64,000 nucleotides of DNA, taken from assembly GCA_034520945.1 (NCBI GenBank), contig JAXHNB010000005.1:448001-512000 (forward strand), written 5' to 3'. Below the pieces are notes generated by a model that did not search any database, was not told the DNA's origin, and saw nothing but the letters and a program-made list of their open reading frames with translations. This document shows, one piece after another, positions 53,792 to 64,000 of this stretch. A program made the position numbers and the translations under genes. Numbering within the stretch: the first letter of the stretch is position 1; each line of letters begins with the position of its first letter. Source of the DNA: Trueperaceae bacterium. GTDB taxonomy: Bacteria; Deinococcota; Deinococci; Deinococcales; Trueperaceae.

Positions 53792-55501
53792 GTGCCCGCC
53801 TCGCCCACGATTCCCGAGCAGATCGCCACCACCCTCCGCTCGCTGGCGCCGCGCGCCAGCGCGGTGGTGGTGGCGGTGTCGGGCGGATCCGACTCCGTCG
53901 CGGTTCTGCGCGCCCTGCACCGGGCCCACGCGGCCGGCGACGCGCCGGCCCTGGTGGCGGCGCACCTCGATCACGGCCTGCGGCCGGCCTCGTCCAGTGA
54001 CGCCGCCTGGGTGCAGGCGTTGTGCGACGCCCTGGCGGTGCCGCTGGCGCGGGAGGCCGTGCGTGTCGGCGAGATCGCGCGGCGCGAAGGCGGCAACGTA
54101 GAAGAGGTCGCCCGAACGCTCCGCTACGCCTTCCTGACGCGCACCGCCAAGGCGCACGGGGCGGACGCGATCGTGACCGGACACACCCGCGACGACGCGG
54201 CCGAGACGGTGCTCCTGCAGCTGCTGCGCGGCAGCGCCCACCCGCGCGGCATCCGGGCGGTGCGCGGTCGGGTGGTGCGGCCGGCCCTGCAGCTGTCCAA
54301 GCGGGACCTGCGTCAGTTTTTGGACGGCTTGGGCCAGTCGTGGCGGGAGGACGCCAGCAACTGGGACGTGTCGGGCGGTGAGCGGGCGTGGATCCGGCAC
54401 GACGTGGTGCCGCGGCTGGAGACGCGCCGACCCGGCGCGGCGGCCCGTCTGGCGCGCTTCGGGCTGCTGCAGCGCGACCAGGCGGAGTTCCTGCGTGCCG
54501 AGGCGGAACGCCGCTTCGGGGCGCGCGGCCCGCTGCCGCGCCGGGCCCTGGCGCTCGCCCCGCGGGCGCTGGCGCGGGAGGCCCTGGCCGGCCGCGTCCG
54601 GGCCGCCGGCGGCACGCTGGACGGGCTGCACCTGGACGCGTTGCTGGACGCCCTGCCGGGCGAGGGCGCGACCCGCCGGGACGTGCCGGGCGGCGTGCGG
54701 GTGCGCATCCTCGGGGGCCGCGTCGAGGTGCTGGCGCGCGGGGCGATGGGCGCCCCCGCCGCGCCCGCGTTCCGGCGCGTCGCCGACCCGGGGGCGCTGC
54801 CGGCGGGCGTGCCGGCCGGCGTGCTGGCGGAGGGTCCCCTCACCCTGCGGGGCTGGCGGCCGGGTGACCGGATCCGGTTGGCGGCCGGCACGCGCACGGT
54901 GGCCGACCTGCTGGGGGAACGCGGCGTGCCCCGCGAGGACCGGCCCGCCGTGCGGGTGCTGGCCCGCGACGACGCGGTGGTCTGGGTCGAGGGGATCGCG
55001 GTGGCCGCGCCCTGGCCGGCCGCCGCGTACGACGCGGACGAACCGTTCATGCGGCGCGCCCTGGCGTGGGCCGACCGCGCCGCGGCGGCCGGGGAGCTGC
55101 CGGTCGGGGCGGTGGTCGTGCGGGACGGCGAGGTCCTGGGGGAAGGGGCCAACGCGCGCGAGGGGAACGCCGACCCCCTCGGCCACGCCGAGACGCTGGC
55201 CATGCGCGCCGCGGCCGCCACCGACGGCGACTGGCGCCTGGCCGGCGCCACGCTGTACGTCACCCTGGAACCGTGTCCCATGTGCGCCGGCGCGATCTTG
55301 CAGTCGCAGCTGGCGCGGGTGGTGTGGGGCGCCGACAACCGGCGCGACGGTGCGTTCGGCAGCGTCGTCGACCTCGGGGCTGGCCCCTGGAAGCGCGTGC
55401 CGGCCCTTCGGGGCGGCGTTCTGGCGCGCGAAGCGGCGCACCGCCTGGCGCGGTTCTTCGCCGCGCGACGCGTCGCGGGGGCGCCGAGCGAGGGGGCGTG
55501 A
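53792..55501 (+). CDS. tilS: TilS (tRNA-Ile lysidine synthetase) fused to a C-terminal TadA-like deaminase
   Basis: [24 protein letters not shown]; then [13 protein letters not shown] and [14 protein letters not shown] in the same frame with no stop. Confidence 0.9.
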   Translation: MPASPTIPEQIATTLRSLAPRASAVVVAVSGGSDSVAVLRALHRAHAAGDAPALVAAHLDHGLRPASSSDAAWVQALCDALAVPLAREAVRVGEIARREGGNVEEVARTLRYAFLTRTAKAHGADAIVTGHTRDDAAETVLLQLLRGSAHPRGIRAVRGRVVRPALQLSKRDLRQFLDGLGQSWREDASNWDVSGGERAWIRHDVVPRLETRRPGAAARLARFGLLQRDQAEFLRAEAERRFGARGPLPRRALALAPRALAREALAGRVRAAGGTLDGLHLDALLDALPGEGATRRDVPGGVRVRILGGRVEVLARGAMGAPAAPAFRRVADPGALPAGVPAGVLAEGPLTLRGWRPGDRIRLAAGTRTVADLLGERGVPREDRPAVRVLARDDAVVWVEGIAVAAPWPAAAYDADEPFMRRALAWADRAAAAGELPVGAVVVRDGEVLGEGANAREGNADPLGHAETLAMRAAAATDGDWRLAGATLYVTLEPCPMCAGAILQSQLARVVWGADNRRDGAFGSVVDLGAGPWKRVPALRGGVLAREAAHRLARFFAARRVAGAPSEGA

Positions 55502-55607
55502 ACGCCCCGCCCGCGGGGAGGGCGAAACGCCCTGGACGGTCCGAGCCCGTCCCGAACGGGCTTCCTGGCGATCGGGCCGTGCGGGCCGCGCATGTATGAT
55601 GGTCGGA

Positions 55608-57395
<1,788 letters not shown>

Positions 57396-57399
57396 CCCG

Positions 57400-58470
57400 G
57401 TGCAGGGGCGTCGCCGCGCCGGCCTGAACCTGCAGCTGGGGATGCGCACCCAGTTGGCCTGGGTGATCGCGTTGTTGTCGTTGCTGCCGAACCTGGTGAT
57501 GGCGGCGCTGGTGCTGCTGCCGGCCGTGCGCGAGTCGGGCGGCCTGGCGGCGCGCGTGACGGGGTCGCTGCTGGTGTGGCTGGTGGCGGTGGTGGCGTTC
57601 TCCGCCGCGATCGGGTACCTGCTGGCGCGCGTGCTGCTGGCGCCGCTGACGCGGGTGACGCGGGACGCGGAGGCGCTGCCGCGCACGGCGCCCCGCCTGG
57701 CCCGAGCCCGCCTGGCGGTGTCGGAGGACGACCCGCCCGAGGTCGCGTCGTTGCGGCACGCCATCAACGGGTTGCTGGCGCAGGTACAGACCGAGCAGCG
57801 GCGCCGCAGCGCCTTCACCGCGACCCTGATGCACGACATGAAGACGCCGCTTTTGGCGCAGGCCAACGCGCTGCGCGTGCTGCGCGAAGGCCCCGAGGGC
57901 CTGCCGGACGCGGAACGCGCCCGACTGCTGGCCGCGGCGGAGGGGGAGACCGACGCGTTGCTGGCGCTGGTGCAGCAGCTCGTGGACGCCCACCGCTTCG
58001 AGCAGGGCGAGGTGCGGGTGCAGCGCCGCCGGGTGGCGTTGCGGTCGTTGGTGGACGACGCGGTGGCGCGGGTGGCGCACCAGGCGCGAGAGCGCGAGGT
58101 GCGGATCACCGTGCACGGCGACGCGCAGGTCGACGTCGATCCCGACCTGGCGGCGCGGATGGTGGCCAACCTGCTGCAGAACGCGGTGCGCTACGCCACC
58201 CGGTCGGTGCGCGTCGAGATCCGGCCCGGCATGCTCCGCGTGCAGGACGACGGGCCCGGCCTTCCCGCGCCGCTGGAGGAGCTGGCGCGCCCCTTCAACG
58301 ACCAACCGGCCCTGATCGACGGGCAACGCTACCGTTCGGGCATGGGCGGGCTCGGCCTGTACGTGGCGCGCAGCATCCTGCAGGCGCACGGCGGCAGGTT
58401 GGTGTCCGAAGCGCACGGGCCGGGCGGCACGGTGCTGCTGGCCTACTTCGGGGATGGGAGCCGCGCGTGA
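57400..58470 (+). CDS. Sensor histidine kinase (2 TM, HAMP, HisKA, HATPase)
   Basis: MHDMKTPL H-box, NLLQNAVRY, DDGPG, GLGLY; start may be ATG 57442. Confidence 0.9.
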   Translation: MQGRRRAGLNLQLGMRTQLAWVIALLSLLPNLVMAALVLLPAVRESGGLAARVTGSLLVWLVAVVAFSAAIGYLLARVLLAPLTRVTRDAEALPRTAPRLARARLAVSEDDPPEVASLRHAINGLLAQVQTEQRRRSAFTATLMHDMKTPLLAQANALRVLREGPEGLPDAERARLLAAAEGETDALLALVQQLVDAHRFEQGEVRVQRRRVALRSLVDDAVARVAHQAREREVRITVHGDAQVDVDPDLAARMVANLLQNAVRYATRSVRVEIRPGMLRVQDDGPGLPAPLEELARPFNDQPALIDGQRYRSGMGGLGLYVARSILQAHGGRLVSEAHGPGGTVLLAYFGDGSRA

Positions 58471-59051
58471 CGCGCATCCTGATCGCCGACGACCACCCGC
58501 TGTTCCGGATCGGGCTGGCGCACGCGCTCCGCGCCCGCGGGTTCGAGGTCGTCGGCGAGGCGGAGAACGGCCGCCACGCCGTCGAGCTGTGCCGCACCCA
58601 CCGCCCCGAGCTGGTGGTGCTGGACGTCCGGATGCCGACCATGGACGGGGTCGAGGCGTGCCGGGCCCTGCGGGCGTTCCCGGATCCGCCCTGCGTGGTG
58701 ATGCTGACCACCTTCGACGAGCCGGCCATCAAGGCCGCCGCCCGCGATGCCGGCGCGGTGGCGTACCTGTCCAAGGAGACCGAACCGGCGCGCTTGGCGG
58801 AGACGCTGCAGCGCATCGCCAACGATCCCACCGGGAACTGGATGCCGGACGTCTCGGTGCCCCGCCTCACCGTCCGCGAGCGTGAGGCGTTGACGCTGCT
58901 GGCGGACGGGCTGTCCAACAAGGAGATCGCCGGTCGCATGGGGATCGGGCCGGACACGGCCAAGGACTACCTGGCGTCGGTGTACCGCAAGCTCGAGGTG
59001 CGCGACCGCGTCAGCGCGGTACGGGAGGCGGAGCGGCTGGGGTTCGTGTAG
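58467..59051 (+). CDS. NarL/LuxR-family response regulator
   Basis: ILIADDHP, LDVRMP, LTVREREAL...GLSNKEIA. Confidence 0.93.
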   Translation: MTRILIADDHPLFRIGLAHALRARGFEVVGEAENGRHAVELCRTHRPELVVLDVRMPTMDGVEACRALRAFPDPPCVVMLTTFDEPAIKAAARDAGAVAYLSKETEPARLAETLQRIANDPTGNWMPDVSVPRLTVREREALTLLADGLSNKEIAGRMGIGPDTAKDYLASVYRKLEVRDRVSAVREAERLGFV

Positions 59052-59158
59052 GGGGCCGCCCGGCCGGCGCCTGGCTCCGGCCGGTTCGCGCGCTGCGCCC
59101 CCTCGGCCGTGCGCCATGCAGGGCGCACGTGCGCCATCGCACGCCGCTAGCGTGCGGC

Positions 59159-59626
59159 ATGACCCGAAGACGTGGCGTCACGCTGTTGGAGATGCTGGTG
59201 GTGCTGGGCGTCCTGGCCGTCCTGGTCGCGCTGACCTGGCCGGCGTGGCGGCCGTCCTCCGCCCGGCGCGCTGCCCAGACCTACCTCGCGGCGCAGCACG
59301 CCGCGCGTCTGCGGGCCCTGACGGGCCGCGCGGTGGCCCTGCGCTGGGAGGGGCCGGCGGAGGCGTTCGTGGTGCGCGACGGGCGCGCCGAGGACGGGGC
59401 CGAGGGCGCCTGCGCGGCGCCGGTGCTGCGCCGCCACCGGCCGGAGGGCGGCGTGGCGGTCACCCGCGTCCTGCGCGACGGCGTGGCGTGGCTGCCCGAC
59501 GGGGCCGGCCGCAGCTGCGACGGCGGCGGCGTGTACGGCGGCCGCGTCCGCTTCGAGGCTGGGGACGAGGCGTGGGACGTCGTGGTGGCCAGTAGCGGTC
59601 GCCTGCGCCTGGAGCGCGCCCGATGA
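59159..59626 (+). CDS. Minor pilin/pseudopilin (FimT/GspH-like)
   Basis: Class III signal RRG|VTLLEMLVVL. Confidence 0.8.
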   Translation: MTRRRGVTLLEMLVVLGVLAVLVALTWPAWRPSSARRAAQTYLAAQHAARLRALTGRAVALRWEGPAEAFVVRDGRAEDGAEGACAAPVLRRHRPEGGVAVTRVLRDGVAWLPDGAGRSCDGGGVYGGRVRFEAGDEAWDVVVASSGRLRLERAR

Positions 59627-60000
59627 CGCGCCCGGGCGGCATGACCCTGATCGAGGTGCTGGTCGCCCTGGCGGTGTTCACCATCTTCGCCGCGGCGGCG
59701 GTGGCGGCGCTGGCGACGGGGCTGCGCGCCAGCGCCGAGGCCGGCCGCCTGCACCGCGCCACGGCGCTGCTGGAGCCCTACGCCGTGCCGGCCCGCGCCG
59801 GCGCGGCGCCGCCGGCGGCCTGCACGGCCGCCCCCGCGCAGGGCGGGCCCTGCACGGCCCGCCGCGAGACCTGCCACCTGAGCGCCGACGGGCTGGTGTG
59901 CGACGGCTCGGGCGGGCTGCGCCTCACCGTGGTCCGGGTCGCGACCCCCGAGGATGGCCGCCCCCACGACGTCCGCTCCTGGAGCCGGGTGTCGCCGTGA
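59623..60000 (+). CDS. Minor pilin (PilV/GspI-like)
   Basis: GG|MTLIEVLVAL; four Cys in the C-terminal part. Confidence 0.8.
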   Translation: MTRPGGMTLIEVLVALAVFTIFAAAAVAALATGLRASAEAGRLHRATALLEPYAVPARAGAAPPAACTAAPAQGGPCTARRETCHLSADGLVCDGSGGLRLTVVRVATPEDGRPHDVRSWSRVSP

Positions 60001-60611
60001 CCGCGCCGCGCCACCCCCGTCGCCGGGGCGGATTCACGCTGCTGGAGGTGCTGGTGGCGCTGGCGTTGGCCGCGGTGGTGGCCGCATCGTTGGCGGCGTT
60101 GCTGGTCCGGGTGGGCCGCACCACCGCCGACGTCGGGGTGCGGACCGACCGGGCCCAGCGCGCCGGGCTGGCCGCCGCCCTGCTGCGCGGCGAGGTCGAG
60201 CGGGCCGGCCGCGGCCAGGAGGCGCCGGGGCTGACGCTGACGCTTCAGGACGGCGCGCCCCGCGGCGACCGGGTCACCGTCCGCTACCTGGCCGAAGCGC
60301 ACCGGGTGGCGCCGGCCGAGGTGGACGCGACCTTCTTCGCGGCGACCGATTCGGCCGGCCGGCCCAACCTGTACCGAAAGCCGCCGGACGGCGTGCGGCA
60401 ACCGTGGCTGCTCGGGGTGGAGGGCGTGCACGTCGTCGGGGCGGTGAGCGTAGACGGTCGGACGCGGACGCGGGCGGCGCTGAGTGACGGGATGGAACTG
60501 CGCGCGCTCGACCTACGCGTCGCGCTGTATGACGGGGAGGCGGTGCGGCTGATGGCCGCCACTCGCCGTGCGGGGCCGGTCGCGGTGGACCGCCCCGGGG
60601 GCACGCCGTGA
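59997..60611 (+). CDS. Minor pilin (PilW/GspJ-like)
   Basis: RRGG|FTLLEVLVAL. Confidence 0.8.
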   Translation: MTAPRHPRRRGGFTLLEVLVALALAAVVAASLAALLVRVGRTTADVGVRTDRAQRAGLAAALLRGEVERAGRGQEAPGLTLTLQDGAPRGDRVTVRYLAEAHRVAPAEVDATFFAATDSAGRPNLYRKPPDGVRQPWLLGVEGVHVVGAVSVDGRTRTRAALSDGMELRALDLRVALYDGEAVRLMAATRRAGPVAVDRPGGTP

Positions 60612-60973
60612 GGGGCCGGCGCGGCGTGGTGCTGGCCGCGGTGCTGTTGGCCGGCACCGCGCTGGTGACGGCCGCGTCGTTGGCGGCGCTGCTGGGGTGG
60701 ATGCAGCTCGAGGGCGCGCGCTACGCCCGCCAGCGGCAGGTGGCGCACGCCGCGGCACGCTCCGGGATCACGTTGCTGGACGCCGTCCTGGCGGCCGAGG
60801 TGGCGGGCGGCGGGGGCGTCCCCGAAGGGCCGCCCGAGCTGCCGGCGGGCAGCGGGTTCACGCTGCGGGTGGTGGGGTATCGCCCGCTCGAAGGCGACGC
60901 CGTCGAGGTGGAGGTCGAGGCGCGCGTGCCGGGGGCGTCCGCGACGGCCGGGGCGCGGCTGGCCTACCCGTAA
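60608..60973 (+). CDS. Minor pilin (PilX/GspK-like)
   Basis: RRG|VVLAAVLL without Glu5; fourth gene of the pilin run. Confidence 0.65.
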   Translation: MRGRRGVVLAAVLLAGTALVTAASLAALLGWMQLEGARYARQRQVAHAAARSGITLLDAVLAAEVAGGGGVPEGPPELPAGSGFTLRVVGYRPLEGDAVEVEVEARVPGASATAGARLAYP

Positions 60974-60991
60974 GGGGGTATCCTGCCGTGC

Positions 60992-61516
60992 GTGTCCGTT
61001 CGCGCTCGACTGTGCGCCGCCTTGCTGGCGGCCGGTCGTCCCCTCCGCACCGGCGACCTGGCCCGGGCGTTGAGTCTCGCCCCCGACGCCGTCGAGGAGG
61101 CGACGCAGGACCTGCAGGCCAGCCTGAACCGCGAGGGGCTCGGCCTTCAGGTCGAAGCGGTCGCCGGCGGCTACCGGCTGGTGGTCCACCCGGATGTCCT
61201 GCCGGACCTGCAGGAGCTGCTGGCGCCCCCGGCCCTGCCGCCGCTATCCGCAGCCGCGATCGAGACGCTGGCGATCGTTGCCTACCACCAACCGGTCACG
61301 CGCGGCGAGCTGGAGACGTGGCGCGGCGCCTCGTGCCACTCCACGCTGGACACCCTGCAGGAACGCGAGCTGATCAAGGTGGTCGGCAGGCGCGACGTGA
61401 TCGGCCGGCCGCTGTTGTACGGCACCACGGAGAAGTTCCTGATCGAGTTGGGCTTGCGGTCGCTGGACGACCTCCCGCCCCTCGAGGAGGCGGGCGACGG
61501 CTTCCTGCGCGGGTGA
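60992..61516 (+). CDS. scpB: SMC-Scp complex subunit ScpB
   Basis: VAGGYRL, LSAAAIETLAIVAYHQPVTR, GRPLLYGTTEKFL. Confidence 0.94.
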   Translation: MSVRARLCAALLAAGRPLRTGDLARALSLAPDAVEEATQDLQASLNREGLGLQVEAVAGGYRLVVHPDVLPDLQELLAPPALPPLSAAAIETLAIVAYHQPVTRGELETWRGASCHSTLDTLQERELIKVVGRRDVIGRPLLYGTTEKFLIELGLRSLDDLPPLEEAGDGFLRG

Positions 61517-61544
61517 GCGGCGCGCGCGCCGCACGGGGGCGTGC

Positions 61545-61973
61545 TCAGCGCCGCGCCAGCGCCTCGATCGCGGCGCGGTACCCCTCGAACCCCAGGCCGG
61601 CGATGGTGCCGAGGCACGCCGGCGCCACCAGGCTCTCGCGGCGGAACGGCTCGCGGGCGTGCACGTTGGAGAGGTGCACCTCCACCACCGGCACCTCGAT
61701 CGCCGCGACGGCGTCCCGCAACGCCACCGAGGAATGCGTGTACCCGCCCGGGTTCAGCACCACGCCGTGCATCCCGTCGCGCGGCGCGTCCTGGATCCAG
61801 TCGATCAGTTCGCCCTCGTGGTTGGACTGCCGGCAGGTCACGCCTGCCCCGACGCCCTCGCCCCAGCGCCGGCAGGCCGCCTCCAGGTCGGGCAGGCCGG
61901 CGCGTCCGTACACATCGGGCTCGCGCGTGCCCAGCAGGTTCAGGTTGGGGCCGTTCAGGACCAGGATGTTCAT
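61545..61973 (-). CDS. aroQ: Type II 3-dehydroquinate dehydratase
   Basis: LNGPNLNLLGTREPDVYG, QSNHEG, NPGGYTHSS, EVHLSN. Confidence 0.96.
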   Translation of the reverse strand: MNILVLNGPNLNLLGTREPDVYGRAGLPDLEAACRRWGEGVGAGVTCRQSNHEGELIDWIQDAPRDGMHGVVLNPGGYTHSSVALRDAVAAIEVPVVEVHLSNVHAREPFRRESLVAPACLGTIAGLGFEGYRAAIEALARR

Positions 61974-63118
61974 GCCTCTCCCTTCGCGGCGGGCAATTCG
62001 GCCGCCGCCCGCTCGGCCTGCACCGGGTCGGCTAAGAACGCCTCCCACGCCGCCCGCTCGGCGTCCTCCGGCACGCCGTGCTGCAGCGTGGGCCGCCCCG
62101 GCGCCCGCATCAGCACCCAGTGCCGCCGCCCGCCGCGGGTCTTCTTGTCCCGCCCCAGGAACGGCGCCAGCTCGTCCCACGACGCGGCCGGCGGCGGGGC
62201 GGGCGCCACCGTGCGGATCAAGCGCCGCACCAACGCCTGCGCCTCCTCCGCGTCGTCCACGTCCAGCACCCGCGGCGACAGGTAGGCGGCGTACAACAAC
62301 CCCCACGCCACCGCGTCGCCGTGCGCCAGGCGGTGCCCGGAGGCGGCTTCCAGCGCGTGCCCGAGCGTGTGCCCCAGGTTCAGGTGCGCGCGCGCGCCGT
62401 CCTCCCGCGCGTCGCCCGCCACCACCGCCGCCTTGACGCGCCCTGAGGCCGCCAGCCAGCGCGTCAGGGCGGCGTCATCGGCGTCCGGCGCCAACGCGCC
62501 CGACACCACCGCCTCCGCCAGCGCCGGGTCGGCCAGCAGGCCGTGCTTGAACACCTCCACCGTGCCCTGCATGAACACGCGCGGAGGCAGGCTCCGCAGG
62601 GTGCGTACGTCCATCAGCACTGCGCGGGGCTGCCAGAACGCGCCGACGAGGTTCTTGCCTTCCGGCAGGTTCACGGCGGTCTTGCCGCCGATCGCCGCGT
62701 CCGCCATCGCCAGCACCGTGGTCGGCACGTGCACCACGGCGATGCCGCGCATGTAGGCGGCCGCCACGTACCCCGCCAGATCGCACGTCACCCCCCCGCC
62801 CAGCGCCACCACCGCGTCGTCCCGGGCGAAGCCGGCGCGGGCCAGGCGGCCCAACAGCTCGGCCCACACCTCGATGCGTTTGGCGTCCTCACCGGACGGG
62901 ACGCGGAGGCGGAGCACCTGACGCCCGTCCGCCGCCAGGGCGTCCGCCGCCTCGTCCCCGTAGCGGGCGCCTGCGTTCTCGTCCGCGATCAGCGCCACCC
63001 GCCCGCCCGGCGTCAGCGACGCCAGTCCGGAGAGCACGCCCGGGCCGACCCGCACGGGGTAGGGGGGCGTCACCGCCACCTCGAACCGTTCCGGCGCGAC
63101 CGGGCCGGCCTGCCTCAC
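61970..63118 (-). CDS. aroB: 3-dehydroquinate synthase
   Basis: ALGGGVTCD, YMRGI, DAAIGGKT, KNLVGAFWQP, LNLGHTLGHALE. Confidence 0.95.
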   Translation of the reverse strand: MRQAGPVAPERFEVAVTPPYPVRVGPGVLSGLASLTPGGRVALIADENAGARYGDEAADALAADGRQVLRLRVPSGEDAKRIEVWAELLGRLARAGFARDDAVVALGGGVTCDLAGYVAAAYMRGIAVVHVPTTVLAMADAAIGGKTAVNLPEGKNLVGAFWQPRAVLMDVRTLRSLPPRVFMQGTVEVFKHGLLADPALAEAVVSGALAPDADDAALTRWLAASGRVKAAVVAGDAREDGARAHLNLGHTLGHALEAASGHRLAHGDAVAWGLLYAAYLSPRVLDVDDAEEAQALVRRLIRTVAPAPPPAASWDELAPFLGRDKKTRGGRRHWVLMRAPGRPTLQHGVPEDAERAAWEAFLADPVQAERAAAELPAAKGEA

Positions 63119-63735
63119 GCCATGGCCTTGCCGTCGTCGCGCCCCGAGCCGGGATCGCGCCCGGCGTCGTCCTGCACGGCGGCCCAGGCGGTGAGGGCGC
63201 GGACGATCTCCTCGACGACGTCCTGGGAGTTCCGCCCGTCGCCGGACACCGTGATGGTGGCCGCCTCCTCGTAGGCGGACGCGCGTTCGGCCATCAACTG
63301 TCGGATGCGTTCGGTCGGGTCGCCGAGCTCCAGCAACGGTCGCTTGTGGCGGCGGGTGCGCTTGTAGATCGTCTCGGGGCTGGCCCGGAGTCGCACCACC
63401 GGCCCGCGGCTGCGCAGCAGGCGTCGGTTCTCCTCGCGCACCACCGTCCCGCCGCCGGTGCTGATCACCACCTCGTCCAGGCGCAGGCAGCGGCGCACCA
63501 CCTCGGTCTCGTAGTCCCGGAACACCGGCTCGCCGTACAACTCGAGGATCTCGGGAATGCGCAGGCAACTCACCCGCTCGATCACGCGATCGGTGTCGAT
63601 GAAGGTCAGGCTGAGGCGCCGCGACAACTCCCAACCGATGCGGCTCTTGCCCGTCCCCATGAACCCGACCAGCGCCACCCAGGTGACCGGCCGATCCGGC
63701 GGGACGAAGTACCGGCGCGCGCGCGGCGTCCGCAT
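63115..63735 (-). CDS. aroK: Shikimate kinase
   Basis: VGFMGTGKS, FIDTD, GEPVFRDYE, STGGG, RPLL. Confidence 0.95.
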   Translation of the reverse strand: MRTPRARRYFVPPDRPVTWVALVGFMGTGKSRIGWELSRRLSLTFIDTDRVIERVSCLRIPEILELYGEPVFRDYETEVVRRCLRLDEVVISTGGGTVVREENRRLLRSRGPVVRLRASPETIYKRTRRHKRPLLELGDPTERIRQLMAERASAYEEAATITVSGDGRNSQDVVEEIVRALTAWAAVQDDAGRDPGSGRDDGKAMA

Positions 63736-63739
63736 GACG

Positions 63740-64000
63740 TCAGTACCCCGCCACGTACGCCCGGTGGACCTCCAGCCGCTCGGTGATCTCGCGCACGGTG
63801 TCGCGGCCGAACTTCTCGCCCAGCGCGTCGGCCAGCACCAGCGCGGTCATCGCCAGCAGCACCACCGACGCGGCCGGCACCGCGGTGGTGTCGCTGCGCT
63901 CGCGGGCCGCGTCGGCCGGATCGCCGGTCGCCACGTCCACGGTGGGGAGCGGCCGCATCAGCGTCGCGATCGGCTTCATGGCGGTGCGCACCACCAGCTC
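63740..64000 (-). CDS. aroC: Chorismate synthase, C-terminal part (start outside the window)
   Basis: AMKPIATL, ERSDTTAVPAA; upstream of aroK-aroB-aroQ. Confidence 0.9.
   Translation of the reverse strand, partial: ELVVRTAMKPIATLMRPLPTVDVATGDPADAARERSDTTAVPAASVVLLAMTALVLADALGEKFGRDTVREITERLEVHRAYVAGY

Noticed and set aside
55040..55501. TadA-like deaminase as the cause of the A>G / C>T skew in tuf
   Set aside because: It has ordinary tRNA-deaminase features, is fused to TilS and lies 17 kb away; nothing in the sequence links it to DNA editing

Overview
Very GC-rich core-genome window, most likely from a Deinococcota bacterium (Trueperaceae/Deinococcales-like). That assignment is inferred from EF-Tu and IF-1 features, a TilS-TadA fusion, a probable CTG start of rpsL and many leaderless -10/start pairs. 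Contents in order: the N-terminus of a pilB-type ATPase, trpBA, gluQ, xpt, sucCD, lgt, a C-terminally short glmU, a sucrose-phosphate synthase/phosphatase plus GH32-like hydrolase pair, carA, a nrnA-recN-udg-dtd run, tRNA-Ile(GAT), ispH, dusA, aroH, sua5, amylosucrase, the full str-S10-spc-alpha ribosomal cluster (33.7-52.6 kb), deoB, tilS-tadA, lepA, a two-component system followed by four minor pilins, scpB and aroC-K-B-Q. I saw no CRISPR array, transposase, integrase or prophage. The strongest anomaly is tuf (36701-37918). It encodes a normal EF-Tu, but by hand count only about 12 of 405 codons end in C and 1 in A, and no Leu codon is CTG or CTC, whereas the co-transcribed neighbours are C-ending-rich. 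The switch coincides with the CDS ends, which suggests a gene-delimited, strand-asymmetric (C>T, A>G) mutation or gene-conversion process. Other leads are a de novo sucrose module, the truncated GlmU, a leaderless Trp-containing uORF before trpBA, and a structured rpsL leader with a perfect 16-bp palindrome in its promoter. All calls come from reading the sequence; no searches were run.
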